Origin: Spirochaetia bacterium
GTDB taxonomy: Bacteria; Spirochaetota; Spirochaetia; DSM-2461
DNA length: 64,000 nucleotides
NCBI GenBank assembly: GCA_963668315.1
Contig: OY764216.1
Coordinates: 4,064,001 to 4,128,000, forward strand
Direction of reading: 5' to 3'
Below are positions 38,762 through 47,533 of this stretch, piece after piece. The translations under genes were made by a program, and so were the position numbers. Position 1 is the first letter of the stretch. Every line of letters starts with the position of its first letter. The notes beneath the pieces are model-generated. The model saw only the letters and a program-made list of their open reading frames with translations. It made no database searches and was not told the DNA's origin.

Positions 38762-39639
38762 CAGTTGTCCTCCTTCATTATGCCCCGAATGTAGAACGAA
38801 GCGATGATAGCGATAACGATAAGTACATAGAGGGCGGAGGCGCTGGCCCGTCCCAGATTGAAATAGGAGAAACCTTCCCGGTAGATATAGTAGGAAACCG
38901 TTTCGGTGGCGTTTCCCGGCCCTCCCTGGGTCAGGGCGTACACCTTACCGAAGATTCGGAAGGTGTCGATGGTGCGCAGCATGATGACCAGAAGGATCTG
39001 GCTGCTCAGGATGGGAAGAGTCACGGCCCGCAGATTGAGAAAATATCCCGCCCCGTCGATACTGGACGCCTCGAATATCTCCCTGGGTATGGAATTCAGC
39101 CCCGCCTGCATCACAAGGAAGGCGAAAGGGGTCCACTGCCATATATCCACGATGATAATGGAGGAGAGGGCCCGCATCTTGTCGGTAAGCCAACCCACCG
39201 GTTCAAGGCCGATAGATTTTAATATATAGTTGAAAAGTCCGATGTCATAGTGATAGAGAACTTTCCAGACGGAACAGACAACCATGGTTGACACCATCAT
39301 CGGGAAGATGACGGTTATCATGAAGGGCCGTTTTCCCGGGAAATGACCGTAAAACATCAATGCCAGAAAAATTCCCAGGGTTACCTCGAAAATCGTCGCA
39401 AAAAAGGCGAAGACGATCGTATTGAGGAAGGCCGTCTGGAAAACCGTATCTTTTCCTATGGAGATAAAGTTCTTTAAGCCGACGAAGCCCCGGTCATCGG
39501 AAAGATAGTCATATTTGAAAAAGGAAAGAATGATAGTATTCAGTACCGGATAGATTGTTAGAAACAGGATGACTAACAAAGCGGGCATAAATATCAATGT
39601 ATAAAAGGTCGTATTTTTCTTTGAGTATATAGTGTTCAT
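38761..39639 (-). CDS. Carbohydrate ABC transporter permease (MalF-like)
   Basis: FVGLKNF, DIWQWTPF, EASSIDGA, TQGGPG. Confidence 0.93.
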   Translation of the reverse strand: MNTIYSKKNTTFYTLIFMPALLVILFLTIYPVLNTIILSFFKYDYLSDDRGFVGLKNFISIGKDTVFQTAFLNTIVFAFFATIFEVTLGIFLALMFYGHFPGKRPFMITVIFPMMVSTMVVCSVWKVLYHYDIGLFNYILKSIGLEPVGWLTDKMRALSSIIIVDIWQWTPFAFLVMQAGLNSIPREIFEASSIDGAGYFLNLRAVTLPILSSQILLVIMLRTIDTFRIFGKVYALTQGGPGNATETVSYYIYREGFSYFNLGRASASALYVLIVIAIIASFYIRGIMKEDN

Positions 39640-39697
39640 AAATACCTGCAATAGTGGGAAATGACCCGGTCCGCTCGGGACCGGGATGGGGAATTAC

Positions 39698-40969
39698 CTA
39701 TTCAACAATCTCGCCGATCTTGGCGTTTACCTGATCGAGTGCTTCCTGAGCGGTGAGATCACCGATAAGAGCCACCTGGAGATAGGTGCCCAGGGCTTCT
39801 TCTATCTCTTTCCATTTATTCGTCCGGGGACGGGGAACGCCGTTCTGAAGACCGTCCAGCTGAGCGGGATACCAGGCGTACTTCTCTATCAGGGAAGGTA
39901 TTTCGTGAACGCTCTTCCTGGTGGGGGGAATACCCGTGGCGTCGGCCATTTTCGCCTGCATGTCGGCGCTTGTCAGAAACTGGAGAAAATCAAAGGCTGC
40001 GTCTTTGTTATGGGACGATTCGGGAATACCGGCCAGCCAAACGCCGATCATGGGAGAGGATTTCTCCACCTGGGCGGGATGCTTGGTGACAACGACCTTG
40101 CCCACAACATTGGACACGGCGGGATTATCCAGGTCGCTGATCCAGCCGGGCCAGACTTCGATGGCCATGGCGCCGGTTCCGGCATAGACCGCATCCTTCA
40201 CCTGGGCCGACTGATACATGGCGACCCCTTCGGGAGCGTACTTGGCCAGGGCCAGGAAAAATTCCAGAGCCGCCAGCGCCTCGGGGCTGTCCATGGCGGG
40301 TTTGCCGTCCACCAGCACCTTTCCGCCGAAGGACCAGAAAAGGGGCAGGAAACCGGTTACGATGGGGTTTCCCTTGGCGCCTCTGAAGAGAACGGGGAAG
40401 ACATCCGGTTCATTGGCATCAAAGGTCTTTGCCGCCGCCATAACCTTATCCCAGGTATCGGGGACGTCCAGGCCGTATTTCTCGATAAGGTCCTTTCTGT
40501 AGGCGAACAGCTCCACATTTCCCACCAGGGGAAGGGAGTAGAGAGTTCCCTGGTCACCGTAGGGATACCGCCCCAGTTTGGTGAGTGAGGGAATGAAATC
40601 GGGATCCAGGGTGAGGCCCTTTGCGTCATACATGGCGCCCAGATCGGCCAGCCATCCGGCTTTCTGTATCTGAGTGGCGTTGGGGTCATCTATGAGAATC
40701 ACATCATAGGTTCCCACGCCCCCTTTCATGTCGATGACGGATTTTTCAAACAGACTGGAGCCGGAAAGCTTCAAGATCTCAAAGCTGATGTCGCTGTGCA
40801 GGGCGGCATATTCATCGCAGGCCATCTGCATCGCATCACCATAGGCGCCGTCTCGGCCGGCAATAGTCAGGGTAACCGGTCCTCCCTCATCCTGTCCGCC
40901 CGAGGCGAATACAGCCTGCGGGACAACAAAAAGAAGTGCCGTTAACAGAACAATGATTTTTTTCTTCAT
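39698..40969 (-). CDS. Carbohydrate ABC substrate-binding protein
   Basis: Signal peptide MKKKII...FASGGQD; YRKDL, PDTWD, AAFDFLQFL. Confidence 0.92.
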   Translation of the reverse strand: MKKKIIVLLTALLFVVPQAVFASGGQDEGGPVTLTIAGRDGAYGDAMQMACDEYAALHSDISFEILKLSGSSLFEKSVIDMKGGVGTYDVILIDDPNATQIQKAGWLADLGAMYDAKGLTLDPDFIPSLTKLGRYPYGDQGTLYSLPLVGNVELFAYRKDLIEKYGLDVPDTWDKVMAAAKTFDANEPDVFPVLFRGAKGNPIVTGFLPLFWSFGGKVLVDGKPAMDSPEALAALEFFLALAKYAPEGVAMYQSAQVKDAVYAGTGAMAIEVWPGWISDLDNPAVSNVVGKVVVTKHPAQVEKSSPMIGVWLAGIPESSHNKDAAFDFLQFLTSADMQAKMADATGIPPTRKSVHEIPSLIEKYAWYPAQLDGLQNGVPRPRTNKWKEIEEALGTYLQVALIGDLTAQEALDQVNAKIGEIVE

Positions 40970-41118
40970 AAAATCCTCCATTTACAGAAAAAATTATAGA
41001 AAGAGTCTCGCAAATTGACAATGATTTTTTCCCCGCCGCTTATTTAGCGAAAAAAGATTAATAGCGAAATACACGTAATAAGTGTATAATGCTTGTTAAG
41101 TTTATTTTGTGAGTGTCT

Positions 41119-42090
41119 ATGGAAACGAATAACCCGGGAAAACGCCGTCTAAAGCAGCAGGATCTGGTCTCCAGTATTTTCCGGCTCTTCGCCGATGAAT
41201 ATGAGAACAGTGATGCCGAATCCATCTGGGACATTAACCTTCCCATCGAACGGATAAAAGAGTACCTTAAAGAGAAGCATGATACGTCCTACCGCAGCAA
41301 CCTGTGGATATACACCCAGCTGAAGCGCTATGAGGAAGAGGCGGGCATCAGGCTTTTCACCAAAGAGCAGAGCGGGCGGAACAACCAGATGTTCAACCTG
41401 CGCATCTACGACAGAATGCTCTCCTTCGCCCAGAAACAGCATCTCTATGTGACAAGGAAGATAAAGGTTGCCAACGGGGTTTTCGATAAAATCATCAACA
41501 GGCTGAACGAGCAGCCCGATTCCCGGCCGGTGACCCTCATGCTCGGAGCGGGCAGCACCATCTTCCATCTGGCGGAAATCATAGCGGAATATTCACAGCA
41601 GAGCCGCCATGAATGGCATATATACACCCACAATATAGGGGTCATCCACCGGCTTCTGGCGCCCGATGTCAACTCGTCCAGGGTAAAGCTGTCCATTCCC
41701 GGAGGAAATATCGATCCCGCCACCTACTGCATCGTCTCGGAGGATGTCAGCTTTTACGAAAACGTCCCCTTTGATTTTATCGTCCAGGGGACCAGCAGTG
41801 TGGTGGACGGGGAACTCTATATCGAGTCGGTGGAGGAATCGGCCATGAAAGAGGCCATTCTTCACAACTGCACGGGAGAAAAGATTCTTGTCCTGACAAA
41901 GCACGAATTCAGCAACCCCCTGGCGGGCAGAAAGTCCTACGGGAAAATATCCGACTACGATTTTCTGGTCATCCCCCGCATTCAGAAGGATTCGGCCCAC
42001 AAGAAGGATTACGAGAAGGAATTCGACCGGTACAGGGACCTCTTCCAGGCCTATATCGTCAACTGGAATTACGAGATACTCTCTTCCTGA
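41119..42090 (+). CDS. DeoR/GlpR-like regulator (sugar-phosphate sensor domain) with divergent N-terminus
   Basis: K..VA, LGAGSTIFHLA, IYTHN, PGG, ES.MK....KILVL...F resemble the DeoR C-terminal domain; divergent from the sugar ABC operon. Confidence 0.7.
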   Translation: METNNPGKRRLKQQDLVSSIFRLFADEYENSDAESIWDINLPIERIKEYLKEKHDTSYRSNLWIYTQLKRYEEEAGIRLFTKEQSGRNNQMFNLRIYDRMLSFAQKQHLYVTRKIKVANGVFDKIINRLNEQPDSRPVTLMLGAGSTIFHLAEIIAEYSQQSRHEWHIYTHNIGVIHRLLAPDVNSSRVKLSIPGGNIDPATYCIVSEDVSFYENVPFDFIVQGTSSVVDGELYIESVEESAMKEAILHNCTGEKILVLTKHEFSNPLAGRKSYGKISDYDFLVIPRIQKDSAHKKDYEKEFDRYRDLFQAYIVNWNYEILSS

Positions 42091-42099
42091 TTCAGACTA

Positions 42100-42258
42100 T
42101 CATCCGGCGATGAGTATAAGCAGTACCACCCCCATGGTAATGCTTAAAAGCTCCAGAAGACCAATGCATAAACCTGCATCCTTGACCTTCACCGGTCTGT
42201 TGAATGTGACCTTGCTGTGATGGGCATGTTCTGTGGGAAACGGTAATATCCTGTTCAT
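42100..42258 (-). CDS. 52-aa small membrane protein (not in the ORF track)
   Basis: GGAGAG RBS; MNRILPFPTEHAHHSKVTFNRPVKVKDAGLCIGLLELLSITMGVVLLILIAG; C-terminal TM helix. Confidence 0.55.
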   Translation of the reverse strand: MNRILPFPTEHAHHSKVTFNRPVKVKDAGLCIGLLELLSITMGVVLLILIAG

Positions 42259-42346
42259 AAGTCTCTCCTATGGGACTATTTCACCACGGAAGGGACTTTT
42301 TTCCCATATGCTGTTTGGTACAATTTCCCCGAACTCCCCTACCGGT

Positions 42347-43513
42347 CTATTTCGTATTCAGTTTGATAAGGGTGACTTCGTCTTTCCGGGCTTCCTTGGA
42401 TTGCCTTTCGAACATGGTGTCGATGAAGCTCACCATCTCCTCGAGGGATTGATCCATAAGGACATTGATGTTGATGAATTCCAGGAGCTGTTCAAAGGAG
42501 TATTCGTTATTCATCTGTCTTTCCATAAAGATTCCGTTTGTAGAGATGATTACCTGCTCGCCCTTCTCCAGAGTCATTTCCTCGTCCTCCCACCGGCTTT
42601 CCCCGTTGACTCCCAGGGGAAGGGATTTTTCCCCGTGGAGATAAACATGCTGATGGCTGAGACGCAGCAGGGGCGGCTGGCCGGCCTGGGCGAAACGGAG
42701 AGAGCGGTCCTCATGGTTATAGAACAGAACGGTAAAGGAGACAAAGGAGCCTTCGGGAAGGAAACCCGGCTTTGAGAGATGCCGGTTCAGGGAATCGAGG
42801 ATTCGGGAGGGTGAGGTAAAACTTTCCATACGGGGGAGCAGCTCCCCATGGATCAGTCCTTTCAGGAAAAGGGAGATAAACGCCGAAGTCAGTCCCATCC
42901 CGGCCACATCTCCCAGGAGCAGAAGAAGGCTGTGATCATCGGGTCTCAGAATATCCCAGTAATCACCGCCGAAGGGATAATCCGGCCCGTCGCTATGAAA
43001 AAGCTCCAGCCTGCATCCGGGAACCTGAGGAAGGTCGGGATGCCTGAAAAGCTTCTGATAACTCAGGGCGCTTTCCCTTTCCGCCTCCAGAAGCTTCCGG
43101 GTTTTGCGGCTCTCCACCCGGTGGTGGTAGAGCTCCAGTCCCCTTTCCAGATGAATCAGCAGATTCTGTTTCTCCCAGGGCTTATCTATGCAACCGAAAA
43201 GATTATGTCTAAGGAAATCGGGGATATCCGAAGAAGAGACAAAACCGGATAATACGATGGTAACAATGTCGGGATGGAGGGTATTCACATGCTCCAGCAG
43301 CTCGTTTCCCCTCATTTCCGGCATCTTCAGATCGGTGATGACAAGAGAGACATCTTCCCTTTTGAGGATCTCCAGAGCCTCCGAAGCCCTTGAGGCTTTC
43401 ATCAGTCTGTGGTTGCCCCTGATAACCCATTCGTGCAGCTGCCTGGCAAGAGCCGAGATGACTTCCGGCTCGTCGTCTACGAGAAGAATGATATCTCCCT
43501 TCCCCTTTGTCAT
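42347..43513 (-). CDS. Response regulator receiver + SpoIIE/PP2C-like domain
   Basis: LVDDE, ITDLKMP, KPW; GGDYWD, GDVAG.G, AGQPP. Start MTKGK overlaps the upstream kinase stop. Confidence 0.9.
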   Translation of the reverse strand: MTKGKGDIILLVDDEPEVISALARQLHEWVIRGNHRLMKASRASEALEILKREDVSLVITDLKMPEMRGNELLEHVNTLHPDIVTIVLSGFVSSSDIPDFLRHNLFGCIDKPWEKQNLLIHLERGLELYHHRVESRKTRKLLEAERESALSYQKLFRHPDLPQVPGCRLELFHSDGPDYPFGGDYWDILRPDDHSLLLLLGDVAGMGLTSAFISLFLKGLIHGELLPRMESFTSPSRILDSLNRHLSKPGFLPEGSFVSFTVLFYNHEDRSLRFAQAGQPPLLRLSHQHVYLHGEKSLPLGVNGESRWEDEEMTLEKGEQVIISTNGIFMERQMNNEYSFEQLLEFININVLMDQSLEEMVSFIDTMFERQSKEARKDEVTLIKLNTK

Positions 43514-44916
43514 GAATCCTCCCCGGTCAGAGGGAAGTGCAGCTGAAAGCAACTGCCTTCTCCCCGGATGTCTTTGATATTAATGCTGCCGTTATGAGCC
43601 TCCATGACTCCGTGAGCGACAGCCAGTCCCAGTCCAATTCCCTGATCCACCTCTTTGGTAGAATAGAAGGGCTCGAAAATTCTTTCCCGGTGTTCCCTGG
43701 GTATGCCGGCACCGGTATCTTCGATTTCGATTATGACTTCCGAACGCTTCTTATCCAGGAATCCCCTTATCGTCAGGAGCCCCCTGTCCTTAATAGCATC
43801 GGCAGCATTCAGAAACAGATTGACGAAGACCTGCTGCAGTTTATGCTCCGTCCCTTCGATCGGGGGCAGAGATTCAATCTCCCTTATCACCTCGATACGG
43901 TTATTCAGTTTGTTCCCGACAATATGGAGGGCATCTTCAATGATATCCGGTAGATTCAGCGGCTTCTTTGTATCATGGCTCTCCCGGGCGAAAGACTGGA
44001 GTCCCTTGACGATTTTGTTAATCCGCCTGGCCCCTTTCTGGGAGTCTTCCAGAAGACTTCCGATATCCCCCCGGATAAAGTCAAAATCCTCCTCCTCCTT
44101 CTTCTTCTCCAGAAGGCCCAGAAGTTCTTCTCTCTTTTGCCCGTTCTTTTCGGAAATTATCCTTTCAGAAAGTTCCAGAAGAGATTGATAGACATGAAAA
44201 TACTCTGATAGAGTCTGGGTATTGCTCAACAGGAATCCAGTGGGGTTGTTGATCTCATGGGCGACACCGGCGGCCAGCTCTCCGAGGGAAGCCATTCTTT
44301 CCTGGCGTATCATCCGTGTCTGGGCCCTGCTTAATTGCCCCAATGACTCTTCCAGCTCATGGGTCCTCTCTTCCACCTTTCTTTCCAGTAGATTGGAATA
44401 TTCCCTCAGCTGCCGGTCTTTCAGTTCGGCGAAATAGGCATTGCCGATAATGCCGCAGATGGTCCTGAGCAGCTCCAGCTCCCTCTGCTTCCATTGGCGG
44501 ATCCGGATATTCTCATCGAATCCGATAAACCCTTTTATAAAGCGCTCCATAATAAGAGGATACACCAGGAGGGACTTGATCTCCTGAGGTTCCAGTATCG
44601 CCCTCAGGTCCTCCGGCAGCGTAGAGATATTCTCCGAGAAGACCCGCCCTTCCCTTTCCATCAGCCTCCGCCAGGAGGGAATGGCACCGTAGGGTATGAA
44701 CTGCAGTTCATCAATCTGGGGACCGATTCCCCGGTTGCACCATTCATAGGTATTGCTGGTGGTCAATCCATCGGGGGCATCCAGAAATATATAAACCCGG
44801 CTGACATCGAGATGATTCCCGATCAGGGAAAGCACCGAGTTGATTCTCCCGTCAAAATCGGTCTGCCTGTTGATAAGATTCAGGGCTATCTCAGACAGGA
44901 TTTCAAGGTCTCTCAT
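43510..44916 (-). CDS. GAF-sensor histidine kinase
   Basis: SRVYIF..NTYEWC GAF; AHEINNP; QVFVNLFLNA; DTGAG; FEPFYSTK; GIGLGL. Confidence 0.93.
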   Translation of the reverse strand: MRDLEILSEIALNLINRQTDFDGRINSVLSLIGNHLDVSRVYIFLDAPDGLTTSNTYEWCNRGIGPQIDELQFIPYGAIPSWRRLMEREGRVFSENISTLPEDLRAILEPQEIKSLLVYPLIMERFIKGFIGFDENIRIRQWKQRELELLRTICGIIGNAYFAELKDRQLREYSNLLERKVEERTHELEESLGQLSRAQTRMIRQERMASLGELAAGVAHEINNPTGFLLSNTQTLSEYFHVYQSLLELSERIISEKNGQKREELLGLLEKKKEEEDFDFIRGDIGSLLEDSQKGARRINKIVKGLQSFARESHDTKKPLNLPDIIEDALHIVGNKLNNRIEVIREIESLPPIEGTEHKLQQVFVNLFLNAADAIKDRGLLTIRGFLDKKRSEVIIEIEDTGAGIPREHRERIFEPFYSTKEVDQGIGLGLAVAHGVMEAHNGSINIKDIRGEGSCFQLHFPLTGEDS

Positions 44917-46169
44917 TCTTCCCCTCCCGAATGTTCCCTGCAGACGGGAAAGGATAATCGGAAAAGAGAGCCCTTCTCCTTTTCCGATTCCACCTCTATT
45001 TTCCCGTCATGGCTGTTGATAATATCCAGGGAGATGGATAAGCCCAGGCCGGTTCCCGCTTCCTTCGTCGTAAAGAAGGGTTCAAAAATCTTCCTCTGAG
45101 TATCCCCGTCCATACCGCAGCCGTTGTCGGCGATCTCCAGAAAAACCTCTTCGTTTCTTTCGTAACTCACCAGGGAAATCCGCCCCTTTTCCCTGTCCAC
45201 GGCATCGGTCGCATTAATAAGAAGATTGACGATGACCTGCTCTATCTGATTTTTATTCCCCCGGATGGGGGGGAGGAAACCGGGCTTTGTCTCGATTGAG
45301 CCGATGTATTTCAACCGGTTGCCGACAAGCTGAAGGGCATCCTCCATAACATCGTTCAGGTCGACTTCCTCCTTTCTCTCCTCATCCTTCCGCGCATAGG
45401 TTTTAAGCCCTTTGACGATCTGGGCTATCTTCTCTATTCCCTGGCGGTAATCCCTTATCAGGGACTGCAGATCGTTCCGGATGAAATCGAAATCCACTTC
45501 CCTCTCCATCTCCTCAATCCGGCGGAGGATCTCTCTCCTCTGCTCCTCCCCGTCAGAAGGGACTGTCAGAGAGAGCCTGTAGAGATTAATCAGCCTGTCA
45601 TAGGAGGATATGTAATCGGCCAGGGTCTGGGAATTCCCGTATAAATAGCCGGCGGGATTGTTGATTTCATGGGCGATACCCGCGGCCAGCTGTCCCAGAG
45701 AAGCCAGACGCTCCTGTTGTATGATCTGCTTCTGAGCCCTGGACAGCTCAGAGAGAGACCGTTCCAGCTCTTCGGTTCTCCGGGCGACCTGTTCCTCCAG
45801 GGAGCGCTGCCGGCTTTTCAGAGTTTCCGTCATCCGGTTGAAAATCTCACCCATGAGTTGAAACTCCCGGGGCTTGTGAATGGACAGTTTGACGGATAAA
45901 TCGCCCCGGGCCACTCTTGCTGCCGCCCGGGACAGTTCCTTAAGGGGCTTCCTGAACCAGGAATACACCACGGAAGTGATCAATACGGAATATATGATAA
46001 AGGATGAGGACAAAAGCCCCAGAAGAAACAGCTTCCGCTGAAAAGTCACGCCGCTGCCCTTGAGGAGATTCTGAAGGAGAAGAGCCGAAAAAAACAGGAT
46101 AACCAGCGCGGAAAGACATAATAACAGAATCATCCGGCGGCTCAGTTTATCGTTCATTCCTCTTCTCAT
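44913..46169 (-). CDS. Membrane HAMP histidine kinase
   Basis: Two TM helices with a very short loop, HAMP, AHEINNP, DNGCG, FEPFFTTK..GTGLGL. Start uncertain (46157-46175). Confidence 0.92.
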   Translation of the reverse strand: MRRGMNDKLSRRMILLLCLSALVILFFSALLLQNLLKGSGVTFQRKLFLLGLLSSSFIIYSVLITSVVYSWFRKPLKELSRAAARVARGDLSVKLSIHKPREFQLMGEIFNRMTETLKSRQRSLEEQVARRTEELERSLSELSRAQKQIIQQERLASLGQLAAGIAHEINNPAGYLYGNSQTLADYISSYDRLINLYRLSLTVPSDGEEQRREILRRIEEMEREVDFDFIRNDLQSLIRDYRQGIEKIAQIVKGLKTYARKDEERKEEVDLNDVMEDALQLVGNRLKYIGSIETKPGFLPPIRGNKNQIEQVIVNLLINATDAVDREKGRISLVSYERNEEVFLEIADNGCGMDGDTQRKIFEPFFTTKEAGTGLGLSISLDIINSHDGKIEVESEKEKGSLFRLSFPVCREHSGGEE

Positions 46170-46343
46170 GTACAACCCTTCCCTTCTCTGTTAATCTTAA
46201 TGAACGGTTAACGTATTTTCCAGAATTTTCTTTCCCATGGTAATTTTGTTTCCCATCCTCCCCCAATTTATAATTCAAAATATACATTCCGGGAGGATTG
46301 TGATGAAAAAGGATTCGACTCTTCCTTCGGCCGCCCTGTGTTC

Positions 46344-47279
46344 TCAGCCGGCCGATTTCTCGTAAAATTCACCGTAACAGACCGGTTCATTCGATTCCAT
46401 GAGGGCCATTGCCTTGCGGGGGTGCTGATTCAGGATTCCCGAAACGGCATAGGGGATCCGGTATCCCCACTTGAGCCGGTTCATCAGGGGTTCGATTTCC
46501 CTCTGGATGACATTAAAAACGGGTATCAGATTGCCCGAGGAGGACCCGATTTTGGAAAGGAGCAGTTCCAGAGGCGTATTGCCTGCCCCCCGCCCCATTC
46601 CGAAATAGGAGCCGTCGATATATTCGGCGCCCGCTTCGACGGCGGCAAGACTGTTTGCCAGGGCCATCTGCGTGTTGTTATGTCCGTGGAATCCCAGTTT
46701 TTTTTCGGGACAGAACGCTCTGTACTCCTCCAGACGGCTCTGGATATCCCGGGGAAGAAAGGAACCGAAGGTGTCGGAAAGGTATATCCCCGACGCGCTG
46801 GAACGGTTCACCTTTTCCAGACACGCCCTCACCTCTTCGGGAGTGCCGGTGGAAACAGCCATGATGTTGATGAATGTCTCATATCCGAGATCCACCAGAT
46901 AATCGGATAACTCCAGGGCCTCATCGATCTGATGGACATAACAGGCCAGACGGAAGATATCGATGAAGGAATCCCTGCGGGGGATAAAGTCCTCCTTATA
47001 GACTCTCCCTATATCACCCATGACGGCGATTTTCATATTTCCCTTTCCCCGGACGGCGACTTTCCGGATCAGCTCCTCGGGGCAGAACTTCCAGGGTCCG
47101 TGCTCTTCGGGATTGAAAACTTTCGGACTGACCCGGTAGCCCATCTCCATGACTGATATCCCGGCGGCCTTATTGGCTTCAAATAAGCCGGTGACCGTCT
47201 CCAGAGAGAATTCCCAGTTGTTCATCAATCCCCCGTCCCGCACGGTGCAATCGATCAGTTTCGGTTCCATAGTACTCAT
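46344..47279 (-). CDS. DRE-TIM metallolyase, HOA-like stand-alone aldolase catalytic domain
   Basis: DCTVRDGG, DTFGS, GFHGHNN, GMGRGAGN, WGY.IPY..SG.LNQHP; AAGGAG RBS. Confidence 0.9.
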   Translation of the reverse strand: MSTMEPKLIDCTVRDGGLMNNWEFSLETVTGLFEANKAAGISVMEMGYRVSPKVFNPEEHGPWKFCPEELIRKVAVRGKGNMKIAVMGDIGRVYKEDFIPRRDSFIDIFRLACYVHQIDEALELSDYLVDLGYETFINIMAVSTGTPEEVRACLEKVNRSSASGIYLSDTFGSFLPRDIQSRLEEYRAFCPEKKLGFHGHNNTQMALANSLAAVEAGAEYIDGSYFGMGRGAGNTPLELLLSKIGSSSGNLIPVFNVIQREIEPLMNRLKWGYRIPYAVSGILNQHPRKAMALMESNEPVCYGEFYEKSAG

Positions 47280-47307
47280 ATCTCAACTCCTTGAATCGGC
47301 TGAAGGC

Positions 47308-47345
47308 AAAAAAAAGGACCCGGGATTTTGTTGATCCCGGGTCCT
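47308..47345 (-). terminator. Attenuator terminator
   Basis: 12-bp stem AGGACCCGGGAT/ATCCCGGGTCCT, 7-nt loop, T-run; lies between the leader peptide and the aldolase RBS. Confidence 0.92.
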
Positions 47346-47364
47346 GTAATTACCGTCTGGTAAA

Positions 47365-47466
47365 TTACCGCATTCTCTGCGGCGTACAACGACCCGGGCA
47401 TCTAAAGTAAAAATAGAAACCAAAAAAATAGGAGAAAGTAAAATTTCTTGCCAGGGTCATATTCAT
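47365..47466 (-). CDS. Phe/Tyr-rich attenuator leader peptide (MNMTLARNFTFSYFFGFYFYFRCPGRCTPQRMR)
   Basis: 7 Phe + 3 Tyr in 13 consecutive codons; followed by antiterminator segment CCCGGGTC and the terminator; TTGACA at 47504-47499 upstream. Confidence 0.85.
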   Translation of the reverse strand: MNMTLARNFTFSYFFGFYFYFRCPGRCTPQRMR

Positions 47467-47533
47467 ATTAACAACTCTTTACCAAGGATTCCCTTTTTTG
47501 TCAAGGTACCGCCTATAGAAAAGGCTCTTTCAG

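Noticed and set aside
46344..47279. 4-hydroxy-2-oxovalerate aldolase (mhpE/dmpG) call
   Set aside because: No partner acetaldehyde dehydrogenase or meta-cleavage genes, and the starvation-type attenuator points to biosynthesis.
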